Source: Actinomycetota bacterium (GTDB lineage: Bacteria; Actinomycetota; Acidimicrobiia; Acidimicrobiales; Acidimicrobilacustridaceae). From it: a stretch of 64,000 nt of DNA. Position 1 is the first letter of the stretch; each line of letters begins with the position of its first letter. Shown piece by piece: positions 49,838-59,646 of this stretch. The notes under the pieces are model-generated. The model was not told the DNA's origin and made no database searches. It saw nothing but the letters and a program-made list of their open reading frames with translations. The position numbers were made by a program, and so were the translations under genes. Location of the stretch: NCBI GenBank assembly GCA_005787345.1, contig SYBH01000145.1:3891-67890 (forward strand), in the 5' to 3' direction.

Positions 49838-49856
49838 ACCAGAAATAGAACAAAAA

Positions 49857-49879
49857 ACGTTCGTATGCGTCACGAACGT
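49857..49879. promoter_or_regulatory. Perfect inverted repeat ACGTTCGT-N7-ACGAACGT (candidate operator)
   Basis: Overlaps the -35 region of a promoter with -10 TAGTCT at 49892-49897. Confidence 0.45.
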
Positions 49880-49961
49880 GTCAGTAATCGCTAGTCTGTT
49901 TACGTCGCGAGAGACCGTCTCGCGCGGTTCGACGTGTCACCCTTGGCACACAGGAGGCAAA

Positions 49962-50351
49962 ATGTTTGCAGCGACTTGGGGTCTGGGTGAAGCGGTTTTG
50001 GCCATGCTTTACTTCACCTGTTTCTTCATCTGGATCTGGCTGGCGATCAGTGTCTTCATCGACATCTTCCGCAGCCCTGACATGGGTGGCGTCCATAAGG
50101 CCATTTGGGTCGTGGCGATCTTTATCGTTCCGTTGCTCGGTGTGCTTGCGTACCTCATCGTTCGTGGCGGCAAGATGAACCAGCACGCGATCGAGGCCGC
50201 AAAGGCTCAGGACGCAGCAATGCAGAACTACATCCGCAATGCAGCAGGCACCACCCCGGCCGACGAACTCCATCGTCTCGCCGATCTCAAGGATCGTGGT
50301 GTCATTGATCAGGCCGAATTCGACAAGCTCAAGGGCAAGGTCGTTAGCTGA
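49962..50351 (+). CDS. PLDc_N + SHOCT membrane protein
   Basis: DIFRS..GGVHKAIWV...PLLGVLAYLI, ADELHRLADLKDRGVIDQAEF; SD AGGAGG. Confidence 0.87.
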   Translation: MFAATWGLGEAVLAMLYFTCFFIWIWLAISVFIDIFRSPDMGGVHKAIWVVAIFIVPLLGVLAYLIVRGGKMNQHAIEAAKAQDAAMQNYIRNAAGTTPADELHRLADLKDRGVIDQAEFDKLKGKVVS

Positions 50352-50389
50352 TCCCGTTGCAGCGCTAGAGCGCTGTGAGCGAGTTGTAC

Positions 50390-50417
50390 CCGGTGCCCCG
50401 CTTCGGCGGGGTACCGG
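50390..50417 (+). terminator. Stem-loop with UUCG tetraloop (probable terminator)
   Basis: ccggtgccccgc-ttcg-gcggggtaccgg after the SHOCT gene. Confidence 0.6.
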
Positions 50418-50463
50418 CGCGTTCGGGACCATTCCATCAAGGAGAGGGTCGTAGGATCTGCCG

Positions 50464-52569
50464 GTGCCTCATCCCAAGCTTCTGACGCAGGGCCGTATCG
50501 GTCCGATCAACACTCGGAATCGCATCGTGCTGCCGGCGATGGATCAAAACAGTTGTAACGACGGCGCCATCACCGATCTCAATATCGCTCACTACGAATC
50601 AAGAGCTCGTGGCGGAGTCGGGCTTCTCATTCTCGAAACCTCGGCAGTGGCGTGGCCGATCGGCGCCACCTCGTTGCATCAGCCAGCACTCTCCGACGAT
50701 CGATTCATTCCAGGCCTGACCAGACTTGCCGATTCGGTGCATCGGCATGGCTCGAAAATGGTTGTGCAGATTTGCCACCACGGAAAGACTGCTGGCGTCG
50801 ACGCGATGCAGGATCGTGAACAGCTTGTTCCTTCGGTGCCGCTTCCTGATGATGAATCAGATATGAGCGCCATCACCATGGATGAGCTCATGAAGATGGC
50901 GGGCCTCACGGGTGGCAAGCGGGGCAAGCAACGAGCCGCTACCACTGATGACATTGTCTGGGTGATCGACCAGTTCGCCGATGCATCTGAGCGGGTCAAG
51001 AAGGCGGGCTTGGATGGCATTGAAATCCATGCCGCGCACGGTTATCTGATTTCGACATTTCTTTCGCCCCACTACAACGTTCGCGACGATGAGTACGGCG
51101 GTTCGGTCGAAAATCGAGCGCGGTTGCTTGTCGAAATCATCACGGCAATTCGTAAGCGATGCGGGTCTGACTTCGGGATCATCGTCCGGCTCGATGGACG
51201 CGAATATGTCGATGGTGGCATCACGCCAGAGCTCTGCGCTGAGTATGCGGTTATTGCGGAATCTGCAGGTGCCGACGCGATTCACGTTTCGGCGTCAGGT
51301 CCCAACTCAATGGGTATCGGATTTACGAATGGTCCACTTCCGTGGCAGCCCGATCAGTACGTGGGCCTTGCAGCGGTTGTAAAGATGGCTGTGTCGATTC
51401 CAGTGATTGCTGTAGGTCGCATCCTCCCCGATGCCGCCGAGATGCATCTGAAAAACGGCGACTGCGATTTCGTTTCGATGGGCCGACAACTTCTCGCCGA
51501 CCCTGAACTGCCGGCAAAGTTGCTCTCAGGTACTCCCGAGCGAGTCCGCACCTGCATCAATTGCTTTGTGTGTGTGGCGCAGAACTTTTGGGACGGTGCT
51601 CCGATCTGCGCAATTAACGCCGAACTCGGTCATTACGAGGAAGGTCCACTGGTTCTGGCCGAGGTCCGTCGTCGCGTGGTAGTCGTTGGCGGCGGTCCAG
51701 CTGGCATGGAGGCAGCGCGGGTTGCTGCGATTCGCGGTCACTCGGTGACATTGCTCGAAAAATCTCCGCATCTCGGTGGCACGGCGCGTTTCTCTTCTCT
51801 TACAACCCCAATGAACGCGCAATTCGTTCGTTATCTCACGACGGAGATCTCTCAACTCGATGTCGACATCCGCACCTCAACTCCCGTGACGGCAATACTG
51901 TTGCGAGAGTTGAACGCTGATGTGGTCATTGTTGCCACAGGTGCGCGACGCGAGCGTCCGGATGTGCCGGGCTCAACGTTGCCGCATGTTTTCTCGGGTG
52001 ACGATCTGCGTGCGCTGCTGACCGGAGACGATCCGGCCGCTGCGGCTCGGCTTCCTCTTCACCGCCGGCTCATCGTTTCGATCGGTCGCTCACTTGGATT
52101 GATGTCGAGTATGGATCGGGTGAGGTCCTTGTCGAAGCGGTGGATGCCGATCGGCAAACGCGTTGTCGTTGTTGGTGGCGGGCTCGTGGGCGTTGAACTC
52201 GCCGAATATCTTGCCGAACGCGGCCGCAGTGTCACTGTCCTTGAAGCCGGCGAGAAGCTTGGTCTCGAAATGGCCCACCCCCGTCGGGCTCGTGCCGTAC
52301 ACGAGGCACGCAACCATGGCGTCGCGTTCGTCACCGGTGCAGAACTCGTATCGATCACGCAGAGCGATGTTTCCTATCGCATCGGCGAAAACACTCACAC
52401 AGTGCGGGCCGATGCCGTTGTGATCGCTAGCGGTGTACACACTGACCACTCGATTGCCGAACAACTCATCGCAGATGGATTCGAAGTGCAAGTGGTTGGT
52501 GACGCTGTTTCGGTTAACTACATCGAAGGCGCTGTTCGTACTGGCTACCTTGCCGGCCGCTCACTCTGA
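50464..52569 (+). CDS. OYE-like NADH:flavin oxidoreductase with Fe-S and FAD domains (2,4-dienoyl-CoA reductase-like)
   Basis: EIHAAHGYL, RDDEYGGSVENRAR, CINCFVC...CAIN, GGGPAGMEAA. Confidence 0.92.
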   Translation: MPHPKLLTQGRIGPINTRNRIVLPAMDQNSCNDGAITDLNIAHYESRARGGVGLLILETSAVAWPIGATSLHQPALSDDRFIPGLTRLADSVHRHGSKMVVQICHHGKTAGVDAMQDREQLVPSVPLPDDESDMSAITMDELMKMAGLTGGKRGKQRAATTDDIVWVIDQFADASERVKKAGLDGIEIHAAHGYLISTFLSPHYNVRDDEYGGSVENRARLLVEIITAIRKRCGSDFGIIVRLDGREYVDGGITPELCAEYAVIAESAGADAIHVSASGPNSMGIGFTNGPLPWQPDQYVGLAAVVKMAVSIPVIAVGRILPDAAEMHLKNGDCDFVSMGRQLLADPELPAKLLSGTPERVRTCINCFVCVAQNFWDGAPICAINAELGHYEEGPLVLAEVRRRVVVVGGGPAGMEAARVAAIRGHSVTLLEKSPHLGGTARFSSLTTPMNAQFVRYLTTEISQLDVDIRTSTPVTAILLRELNADVVIVATGARRERPDVPGSTLPHVFSGDDLRALLTGDDPAAAARLPLHRRLIVSIGRSLGLMSSMDRVRSLSKRWMPIGKRVVVVGGGLVGVELAEYLAERGRSVTVLEAGEKLGLEMAHPRRARAVHEARNHGVAFVTGAELVSITQSDVSYRIGENTHTVRADAVVIASGVHTDHSIAEQLIADGFEVQVVGDAVSVNYIEGAVRTGYLAGRSL

Positions 52570-52580
52570 GCAAAAACGCA

Positions 52581-52611
52581 ACTCAGGTCTGGGTGGAGCC
52601 CAGACCTGAGT
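52581..52611. terminator. Bidirectional terminator between convergent genes
   Basis: Perfect 13-bp stem actcaggtctggg-tggag-cccagacctgagt; A-run at 52572-52576 gives a minus-strand U-tract. Confidence 0.75.
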
Positions 52612-52645
52612 GAGTAGTGCGTCGTTGATTCGTGGCTGGACAGGT

Positions 52646-53128
52646 TTAGAGGCGCCCGATCACTGCAGCACATGAACTGACTTCAACGCCACCGTTTTCA
52701 TCGACATCGATAGCGGTGATGACTCCGTCTTCGATGATCGCGGCGTAACGCTTTGATCGAACGCCAAGTCCGAAGCCGGTGCCATCCATGACGAGGCCCA
52801 TGGCTTGAGTGAAGTCGCCATTGCCGTCGGCAAGCATGGTGATTGAGTCGCCAACCTGCTGGTCGTCGCCCCAGGCTCCCATGACGAACGCGTCATTGAC
52901 AGAGAGACAAGCGATGCGGTCGACGCCCTTGCCGGTGAGTTCGCCGGCTTGCTGGACGAACCCAGGAAGGTGAACCTTTGAACAGCCAGGCGTGAATGCT
53001 CCGGGCACAGCGAATAGAACAACTTTTCCTGATCCGAGGACATCGGCGGTGTTGACCTTTTCAGGTCCGGCTGCGCCCATGACGAAGAGATCGACGGAAG
53101 GGATGGGGTCTCCAACGTTGAGTGTCAT
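52646..53128 (-). CDS. Peroxiredoxin, Prx5 family
   Basis: VPGAFTPGCSKVHLPGF, SVNDAFVMGAW, RSKRYA. Confidence 0.93.
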   Translation of the reverse strand: MTLNVGDPIPSVDLFVMGAAGPEKVNTADVLGSGKVVLFAVPGAFTPGCSKVHLPGFVQQAGELTGKGVDRIACLSVNDAFVMGAWGDDQQVGDSITMLADGNGDFTQAMGLVMDGTGFGLGVRSKRYAAIIEDGVITAIDVDENGGVEVSSCAAVIGRL

Positions 53129-53214
53129 GGCGACACGATAGGCGTTCATGACCATTTTGCGCCCGCTCAGAGCTCGGTAGTACCGCCTGATGGAGAGTCG
53201 GCCTGGGCCTGAAC

Positions 53215-53712
53215 TCAAGCGAAGAGCACGGAACTGGCGTCGACCGCGGCAAGGGCAGCCACATAGAGAAGAACGATTGTCTGGGCGAGACATAACAGCC
53301 CGACGAGTTGGGTAGATTCCGAGACTTTCCTGTCCTCAGGGCCCCAGAGGGAACGAACGGCGACGGTGCCGAGGAAGGCGGCCGAGGCAATCGTGATGAT
53401 GACGAGCCAGCCCACAGGTGCATGGATGAGCCAAGCGATGAATGCACCGGCACTCAGTACCCCGGGGACGATTGCAGACCAACGGCCAGCAGCGGAGGTG
53501 CAACCCAATACCCGGCGAAAAAACTCGAAGAGTCCCGCCCCGCCGACGGCAAACACAACGATTTGAAGAATTGCGTCGGTTGCCGACTGCGTCGCGAACT
53601 GATTGAAAGCGAGGATATCTGCAAGAACGAGAAGTAGAAGTGAAAACGTGAGAAGCACTGACTGGATGCCTGATCGCAATGACCGCTGGGAAGGGGCGAG
53701 TTTTGTTGTCAT
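53215..53712 (-). CDS. Hypothetical membrane protein
   Basis: About five hydrophobic segments; ATGA overlap with gatD. Confidence 0.72.
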   Translation of the reverse strand: MTTKLAPSQRSLRSGIQSVLLTFSLLLLVLADILAFNQFATQSATDAILQIVVFAVGGAGLFEFFRRVLGCTSAAGRWSAIVPGVLSAGAFIAWLIHAPVGWLVIITIASAAFLGTVAVRSLWGPEDRKVSESTQLVGLLCLAQTIVLLYVAALAAVDASSVLFA

Positions 53713-54515
53713 GATCGCCTAAGGATGTCGCGCCATGAGCGGCGTGGAGCGAGTTCGTGCTCGCGCGCTGCGTGAATTCGTTCGGCTCGAAGTGTGCTGA
53801 CGTCGTTGTCATCGAGCGGTGTCATCGCTGCTGGTCCGACAATCCATTCGAGTAGTGCATCAGCGAGCCGAGGGTTGCGTGCAAGCGCGGGTCCGTGCAG
53901 GTATGTGCCTACAACGGTGCCAGTCACTACGCCCTCAGAGCCATCGCCATTGCCCTCGCCAACTTCGACAGACGCGAGCGATACGGCGTTGGACCCTGGA
54001 ACGGTCCGACCCGCATGGTTTTCGAACCCGGTAAGTGGGCCGAGTTCAATGAGGCCGTGGGTAGTTGTGAGCCGGGCATTGGTAGCGAGGAGTTCACCAA
54101 CGGCGCGAGGGCGATTAACTCTGACTGTTTCGCAGTCAAGTAAACCAACCCCGCCACGGCTCGTGCCTGTTGCATCGGGAAATCGATGACCAAGGATCTG
54201 CATGCCCGCGCAAATGGCGAGGACGACTGCTCCCTTGTCGACAGCCCGATGAAGTCCTTGACTGCGTTCAAGTTCTCGGGCGGCCTGCACCTGCGGGCCG
54301 TCTTCGCCGCCGCCAACGAGGTAGAGGTCGGCGGAATCGGGAATGGGTGCTCCGGCATCGATGCTGATGTGCTCTACCGCAATCCCTCGCCACTCGAGGC
54401 GACGGGAAAGAACGAGTGCGTTGCCCCCGTCGCCGTAGGTGCCGAGGAGGTCTGGATAGAGGGAAACGATCCGAACCGCAGAGTCAGCTCGATTGGAGTT
54501 AGGAGTACTTGTCAC
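53709..54515 (-). CDS. gatD: Lipid II isoglutaminyl synthase, glutaminase subunit
   Basis: LYPDLLGTYGDGGN, AICAGMQILG, GFENH, TYLHGP.L.RNP; coupled to murT. Confidence 0.9.
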   Translation of the reverse strand: MTSTPNSNRADSAVRIVSLYPDLLGTYGDGGNALVLSRRLEWRGIAVEHISIDAGAPIPDSADLYLVGGGEDGPQVQAARELERSQGLHRAVDKGAVVLAICAGMQILGHRFPDATGTSRGGVGLLDCETVRVNRPRAVGELLATNARLTTTHGLIELGPLTGFENHAGRTVPGSNAVSLASVEVGEGNGDGSEGVVTGTVVGTYLHGPALARNPRLADALLEWIVGPAAMTPLDDNDVSTLRAERIHAAREHELAPRRSWRDILRRS

Positions 54516-55804
54516 AGTACGCCGCCAACTTTTTCGAGATGATCTTGGAATGCTGTGTAATTCGACGCGACATCGACGGGAACGGTTGGGTCGAAGTCAG
54601 GCGATTTGCGAACCAGGTTGAGGGCATCTTCGAGACTGTCGGCCACACAATGAGTGATGTTTCCATAGCGGAAACGCACGGCGAGGTCGTGGCGTCGTTC
54701 GCCTATGGCGATTACAAGTCGATTGCCGACGCGTTCGTAGTCAACATCCCAAAGCCAAGAAGGATCGTGGCCATCGGCGATTCGGGCGTTAATGGCGATA
54801 ACCAGAGGCGTTGAAGGTCCCTCGAGAAGTTCGAGTGCTTCATGCCAGCCTGCCGGATTTTTGGCCAAGAGGAGGCGAATATTCACGTCACCGAATTCAG
54901 TAACGCGATAGCGCCCTGCAACTTCGGCGACGTCATCAAGTGCGTCGAATGCCGCGTCGAGGTCGGTGCCCATTGCTGTGGATGCTGCAAGCGCAAAAGC
55001 AGCGTTCACGCGATTCACCCGGCCGGGGAGCGCCAATGGCGAATGAAAGTTGCGGCCATTAATGGAAATAGTTTCATCTTCGACAACGACATCAACCGGG
55101 GGACGCTTGAGATCACACGATGTGCAGGCCCACTCGGTGCCGACGAAGTCGATTCGGCCGGAACACGCAGGACATCCCGCTGCATCGGCGGTCCATTCCT
55201 GGCCCGTTGCGATCCAGGTGACGTTTGGTGCAGCGAGTGCGGCCCATGTCACGAGGGGATCATCGGCATTCGCAATGACGGTGCATGGTGGGGTGGCAGC
55301 AAGCGCAGTGCGCCATTGTTCGGCAAGTTTGCGAACTTCTTGAGTCCGATCGAGTTGATCACGACTCAGATTTAGTAGCACCACGGTGCTGGCATTTGTG
55401 GCGCGAAGGACTGAATCGACCCAACGTTCGTCCACTTCGAGAACAGCAGTATCCGTCGCGTTCGAAGTGGCGAGAGCCGCAACGATTCCAGGAGTCATGT
55501 TGGCGCCAAGCCAATTAGAGACCACGGGTTGGCGAGAACCCAGTGCAACTGAGAGAAGTTTCGTTGTCGTGGTTTTTCCGTTGGTCGCGCTGATGACTGC
55601 GACATCGCGCGATCGAGTGAGTTCGGCAAGAAGATTTGGATCAATGAGCAGCGACACCCGGCCGCCAATGACCGATCCAGTTCCGAAATGCACTACACGA
55701 GAGGCCCAGGCAACGGTGCGTCCGACGAGAACTGCGAGTCGTGCTCGGGGTCGGATCTTGACCGTTTGGCCAGATGCGGGAGCGGGGGCAGGAGCGGCGG
55801 TCAC
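54512..55804 (-). CDS. murT: Lipid II isoglutaminyl synthase, Mur ligase subunit
   Basis: ATNGKTTT, EVDE, LNLSRDQLDR, CPAC...CTSC, KNPAG, DGHDPSWLWD. Confidence 0.92.
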   Translation of the reverse strand: MTAAPAPAPASGQTVKIRPRARLAVLVGRTVAWASRVVHFGTGSVIGGRVSLLIDPNLLAELTRSRDVAVISATNGKTTTTKLLSVALGSRQPVVSNWLGANMTPGIVAALATSNATDTAVLEVDERWVDSVLRATNASTVVLLNLSRDQLDRTQEVRKLAEQWRTALAATPPCTVIANADDPLVTWAALAAPNVTWIATGQEWTADAAGCPACSGRIDFVGTEWACTSCDLKRPPVDVVVEDETISINGRNFHSPLALPGRVNRVNAAFALAASTAMGTDLDAAFDALDDVAEVAGRYRVTEFGDVNIRLLLAKNPAGWHEALELLEGPSTPLVIAINARIADGHDPSWLWDVDYERVGNRLVIAIGERRHDLAVRFRYGNITHCVADSLEDALNLVRKSPDFDPTVPVDVASNYTAFQDHLEKVGGVL

Positions 55805-55862
55805 GACAACGAGATGCTAGTTCCGCCGTCGATGAAGGCTTTGGTGCCAAGAGGGCTCTGAA

Positions 55863-57689
55863 TTAACGAGGCGGACCGTTCGAGACGAAGACAGAAACGA
55901 CCGGACCGTCGAGGAGCAATTTGAAGTACCGCTTGAAATCGGCGCTCGGGGATTTTGCTGCGAGTTCGACTTGTACCCATTTTTGGAGGAGCTCCTCTTG
56001 GGCGCGAAGTTGGTCGAGAGTCGACATTCCCGGTTGAGAATCGAAGGCAGCGTATTTGGTGACGAGCGCATTGAATTCGGTGCGCTGATCTGGTGTCAGC
56101 GGGTCGTAGCTGAAGATTTCTCGAAGGTTGGGATCGGCTTGTGCCTCGAGCCGCGCTGAATCGGTGAGGAAGAGCAGTTCTGATGCGGCCTGTGAACGTT
56201 CGATCGTTCGCTTGTCTCCGTAGATGTACGCCCAACTCGGGCTACGACGTACGTCGATTCCGGCTTCTTCGGCTTGAGCCAGGACATCGAGCCCTGCCGA
56301 TCCGTCCAAGCCGTAGCCATCTACAAGAAAGATGGGCTCAGGCAATCCTTTGAGTGCCTTGAGGGTTGGAGGCGTTAACGCTGCGATCGCCCGAGTCCAA
56401 CTGTCGGAGAGTCGAAGTGGTGTGAGGTTGACACCGCGAATGAGCATCGCCACCAGCACAAAAATTGTTGCGACAACGACAAGGTTGGTTGCATGGCGGC
56501 GTCCGAACGCGGTGAGTGCAATCTGTCGCAACGCGACGGCAGCAATTGCGAGCCATGTGAACGCTGCGATAGCCCACATCCAGCGCAGGAGGTATGGCGA
56601 CGGTGCGCCCACAATGCGCGAAGCCGCAATCGCGCCAACAACAATAAGTGAACCAGCAATGCCGCACAGCACGAGTTCGTTTCGCCAGCGCTTTCGCCAC
56701 GCCCACCAAGTCGAAATACCTAATGCGATCAGCGCCCAAGGAATAGCCCAACCGGACGTGTCGATCGCGGAGTTGATGAGTGACGGTTCTGCGCCACGAA
56801 CCCAGTTGCCTGGAATGGAGAGAAACCGGAACATGATTTGAACTCCGGTTGCAAGCCCAGTTGTTTCGAGCGGCGGATTGCGCAGGAATCCATAGATGAG
56901 TCGGAGATTGCCCGGCGACTGTGTGAACTGTTCAATGATCGGGGGAATCCAACACACGAAGGCGACAACAGCAGCGATGAGTGCTGTTTGACGGTCGCGA
57001 GAACGGTTGGTTCCGCGTACTGATCGGATGATGAGTGCGAGTACGCCAATGCCAACGAGTAGCGCAACGGGCAGTGCGCTACCGACATGGCATTGCACAG
57101 CAAATGAGGCGAGCAGAACGAGCGCTATTGCGGCGACTCGATCGCCGAAGACGCAGCGCCAACTAGCAACTGCTGTCGCAAACACGGCGAGGATGACGAA
57201 TTCCGGATTCCATGGATCGGCAAGGCCAGCGGGGTTCATCCCGAAGCAAAGCAGCGCGAGAAAGAAGCCGACGAGTACGAAGGTTCGCCTGCCCGTTCGC
57301 GCTGCGATCCAAAGCGTTGAAGCGATGACCCCAAGATTGACGAGCAGTGCACCGATGAGAAGCCCGATTGGTGAGGAGCCACTTAATCGATAGGGGAGAG
57401 CGAGGACATAGAAAAGCAACGGGCCTGGATGGTTCCACTGATACCTGGAGTACACGCCGATGATGGGCGTCTCCGACCCGCCGACATCGGCGACACGCAG
57501 TTGGAGCGTTCGGTAGTCACCAATCGGCAACCACTCAGATGTCAAGAGTCGATACAGCAGCCATCCAAGGATGATGGTGATCAATGCGGCAACGATGATG
57601 ACGAGACGGCGATCGATCGGTGGTTGTTGGTCGTCTTCGGAGGCGCTCAGCGAGGATGAATTCGCGGTCTCTATGGCTGATGCCGTCAC
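55863..57689 (-). CDS. Polytopic membrane protein, probable GT-C-type glycosyltransferase
   Basis: TM then GD...HPGPLLFY...DPWNP loops, about 12 TMs, soluble C-terminal domain. Confidence 0.6.
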   Translation of the reverse strand: MTASAIETANSSSLSASEDDQQPPIDRRLVIIVAALITIILGWLLYRLLTSEWLPIGDYRTLQLRVADVGGSETPIIGVYSRYQWNHPGPLLFYVLALPYRLSGSSPIGLLIGALLVNLGVIASTLWIAARTGRRTFVLVGFFLALLCFGMNPAGLADPWNPEFVILAVFATAVASWRCVFGDRVAAIALVLLASFAVQCHVGSALPVALLVGIGVLALIIRSVRGTNRSRDRQTALIAAVVAFVCWIPPIIEQFTQSPGNLRLIYGFLRNPPLETTGLATGVQIMFRFLSIPGNWVRGAEPSLINSAIDTSGWAIPWALIALGISTWWAWRKRWRNELVLCGIAGSLIVVGAIAASRIVGAPSPYLLRWMWAIAAFTWLAIAAVALRQIALTAFGRRHATNLVVVATIFVLVAMLIRGVNLTPLRLSDSWTRAIAALTPPTLKALKGLPEPIFLVDGYGLDGSAGLDVLAQAEEAGIDVRRSPSWAYIYGDKRTIERSQAASELLFLTDSARLEAQADPNLREIFSYDPLTPDQRTEFNALVTKYAAFDSQPGMSTLDQLRAQEELLQKWVQVELAAKSPSADFKRYFKLLLDGPVVSVFVSNGPPR

Positions 57690-57928
57690 GCGATCGATAC
57701 TACGGCTGAGGTCCTATGGATTGGGGGCGACATCTCAGAGGAGTTGATTTTCTTGAATGTGAACGAGAAGAACACGGCATGGTGCTTCGATCAGGCCGTA
57801 GACCTCGACGAATCCGTCCTCGCCAGATTGGTTCCTGCCGTGAGTTTTTCGCATGGAGATGGGTGACGCGTTGAGTGAGGTGTGTTGACAGGTACGGTGT
57901 TCTCTCACGACTCAAGTGGGGAGTAATC

Positions 57929-58699
57929 GTGAGCGATTTCGCAGGCCGCACTGGCGGGGCGGTGGTAACAGGTGGAAGTGGCGGCATTGGCGCTGCGATC
58001 GTGCGCATGTTGGCCGAGCGCGGCAGCGACGTGCTCTTCACCTACCGGTCGAACCGTGATGCTGCTGATGCGATTATCTCCGAACTCTCCGATCTCAAGG
58101 TTCGAATCGTGGCGATACCCGCTGATTTGGTCGACGAGTCCATCGCCGCATCAGTTGTGTCTGCTGCAGTCTCAGAGTTCGGAGGAATCCACACACTTGT
58201 TCATGCTGCCGGACCGCACGTCACCCAAATACACCTGAGTCGTGTTGAACCTTCGGCGTACCGGGCGCAAATTGAAGGTGAAGCGGTTGCATTCTTCAAT
58301 ATTGTTCAACCTGCTCTTGAGCATCTTCGAAAAGTCGGCGGCAGCATCGTGGCGGTAACGACGGCCGCAACGCGTCGCTATCCGGTTCGCGACGGATTGT
58401 CTTCAGGTACAAAAGGCGCAGTCGAAGCGGTAGTGCGTGCTCTTGCCGCAGAAGAGGGTCGCTTTGGGGTTCGAGCGAACTGCGTCGGGCCCGGCATGCT
58501 TACCGATGGAATGGCCGCGCGGCTAATGGCTTCGGGTGATCTTGATGACGCTGCTCTCGAAGTCACGATGCGCAACATTCCGCTTCGCAAGTTCGGTGAC
58601 GCGGTCGATATCGCCGAAGCTGTGTGCTTTCTCGCTTCAGATCGAGCCGACTTTATTACTGGTCAGATGCTCGATATCGATGGCGGTTACGGCGTCTAA
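57929..58699 (+). CDS. SDR family oxidoreductase
   Basis: TGGSGGIG, RANCVGPG, FITGQMLDIDGG; the YxxxK position reads SSGTK. Confidence 0.88.
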   Translation: MSDFAGRTGGAVVTGGSGGIGAAIVRMLAERGSDVLFTYRSNRDAADAIISELSDLKVRIVAIPADLVDESIAASVVSAAVSEFGGIHTLVHAAGPHVTQIHLSRVEPSAYRAQIEGEAVAFFNIVQPALEHLRKVGGSIVAVTTAATRRYPVRDGLSSGTKGAVEAVVRALAAEEGRFGVRANCVGPGMLTDGMAARLMASGDLDDAALEVTMRNIPLRKFGDAVDIAEAVCFLASDRADFITGQMLDIDGGYGV

Positions 58700-58728
58700 T
58701 CAAATAGACGCAAACAAGTTGGTTCTGC

Positions 58729-59646
58729 TTAGGCGGCGTCGGCCTCGAATGCGCCTTCAATGGCCCAAGTGAGAGTCCGAATGAGCGCGCGTGCAGCGGG
58801 TTGGACGATGAGGGGATCGAGCGCCGGAACAATCGGAAGCTTCAGTTCCTCGCGCATCCATGCCGGGAGCAAGCCAACTGCTGCTGGAGCGATCACGCCA
58901 TAGGCGGGGCGGGCCGCAAGGGGGAGAGGAGCAAGCATGAGCCAACGGGCCGCGTCCCGGGCTTGCTGGCCGGCTTGCAACTCGGGACGAATTGCGTGCA
59001 TCCATTCGTCGAGTTCGGCAACCGAATGTGCGGCGTACTCGCCGCCGAGGCTGTCATTGATGACGGCCATTTCGTCGACGTAGCGGTCGGCTTCAAATGA
59101 GCTCAACTTCTTTGCCCCGTAGCGCTGGTAGGTGCGCAAGAAGGAATCGACTTCGGCATGGTGTACCCAAGAAAGCAGGTGAGGGTCATTTGCCGAGTAC
59201 TCGCGGCCATCGGGGGCGGTGCCGACAACGCGTTGATGGACACGAGTGACGAGTGCGAACGCAGCTTCGGCTTGTTCGGTCGTTCCGAAGGTGGTGGCGG
59301 CAACGAACTGACTGGTGTTGGCGAGGCGATCGAGTGGATGGCGTTTGTAGTCAGAGTGGTCGGCAACGCCAGCCATTGCGAGCGGGTGCATCGTCTGCAG
59401 GAGCAATGCCCGAACGCCAGCAATGAGCATTGATCCGTCGGAATGGACTCGCCAGGTGACGCTGTCGGGGCCAAACAGGCCAGGATCACCCTCAAGGGGC
59501 TTGGTGAGATCGCGGACAGGAGGGTTGTCTCCAGCAATGAGGGTGCGCAGTTCGCGTCCTAAGCGCAGGCGAACACCGCCGAGCGCGGAACCGAGTGCTT
59601 CGGCGACAGTTGTCAGCCCGGGGGACAGCATCGGTTCGGTCGTCAT
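58729..59646 (-). CDS. Oxygenase MpaB/DUF2236 family protein
   Basis: GLFGPDSVTWRVH, ALLLQTMHPLAMAGV.DHS, YSANDPHLLSWVH. Confidence 0.9.
   Translation of the reverse strand: MTTEPMLSPGLTTVAEALGSALGGVRLRLGRELRTLIAGDNPPVRDLTKPLEGDPGLFGPDSVTWRVHSDGSMLIAGVRALLLQTMHPLAMAGVADHSDYKRHPLDRLANTSQFVAATTFGTTEQAEAAFALVTRVHQRVVGTAPDGREYSANDPHLLSWVHHAEVDSFLRTYQRYGAKKLSSFEADRYVDEMAVINDSLGGEYAAHSVAELDEWMHAIRPELQAGQQARDAARWLMLAPLPLAARPAYGVIAPAAVGLLPAWMREELKLPIVPALDPLIVQPAARALIRTLTWAIEGAFEADAA

Noticed and set aside
49846-49864. GAAC...GTTC as a LexA box
   Set aside because: The spacer is 7 nt, not the 4 nt of the actinobacterial GAAC-N4-GTTC box.
34003-52611. Intergenic hairpins as a possible REP/MITE family
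   Set aside because: The hairpins at 34003, 50390 and 52581 share no sequence and sit at gene 3' ends like terminators.
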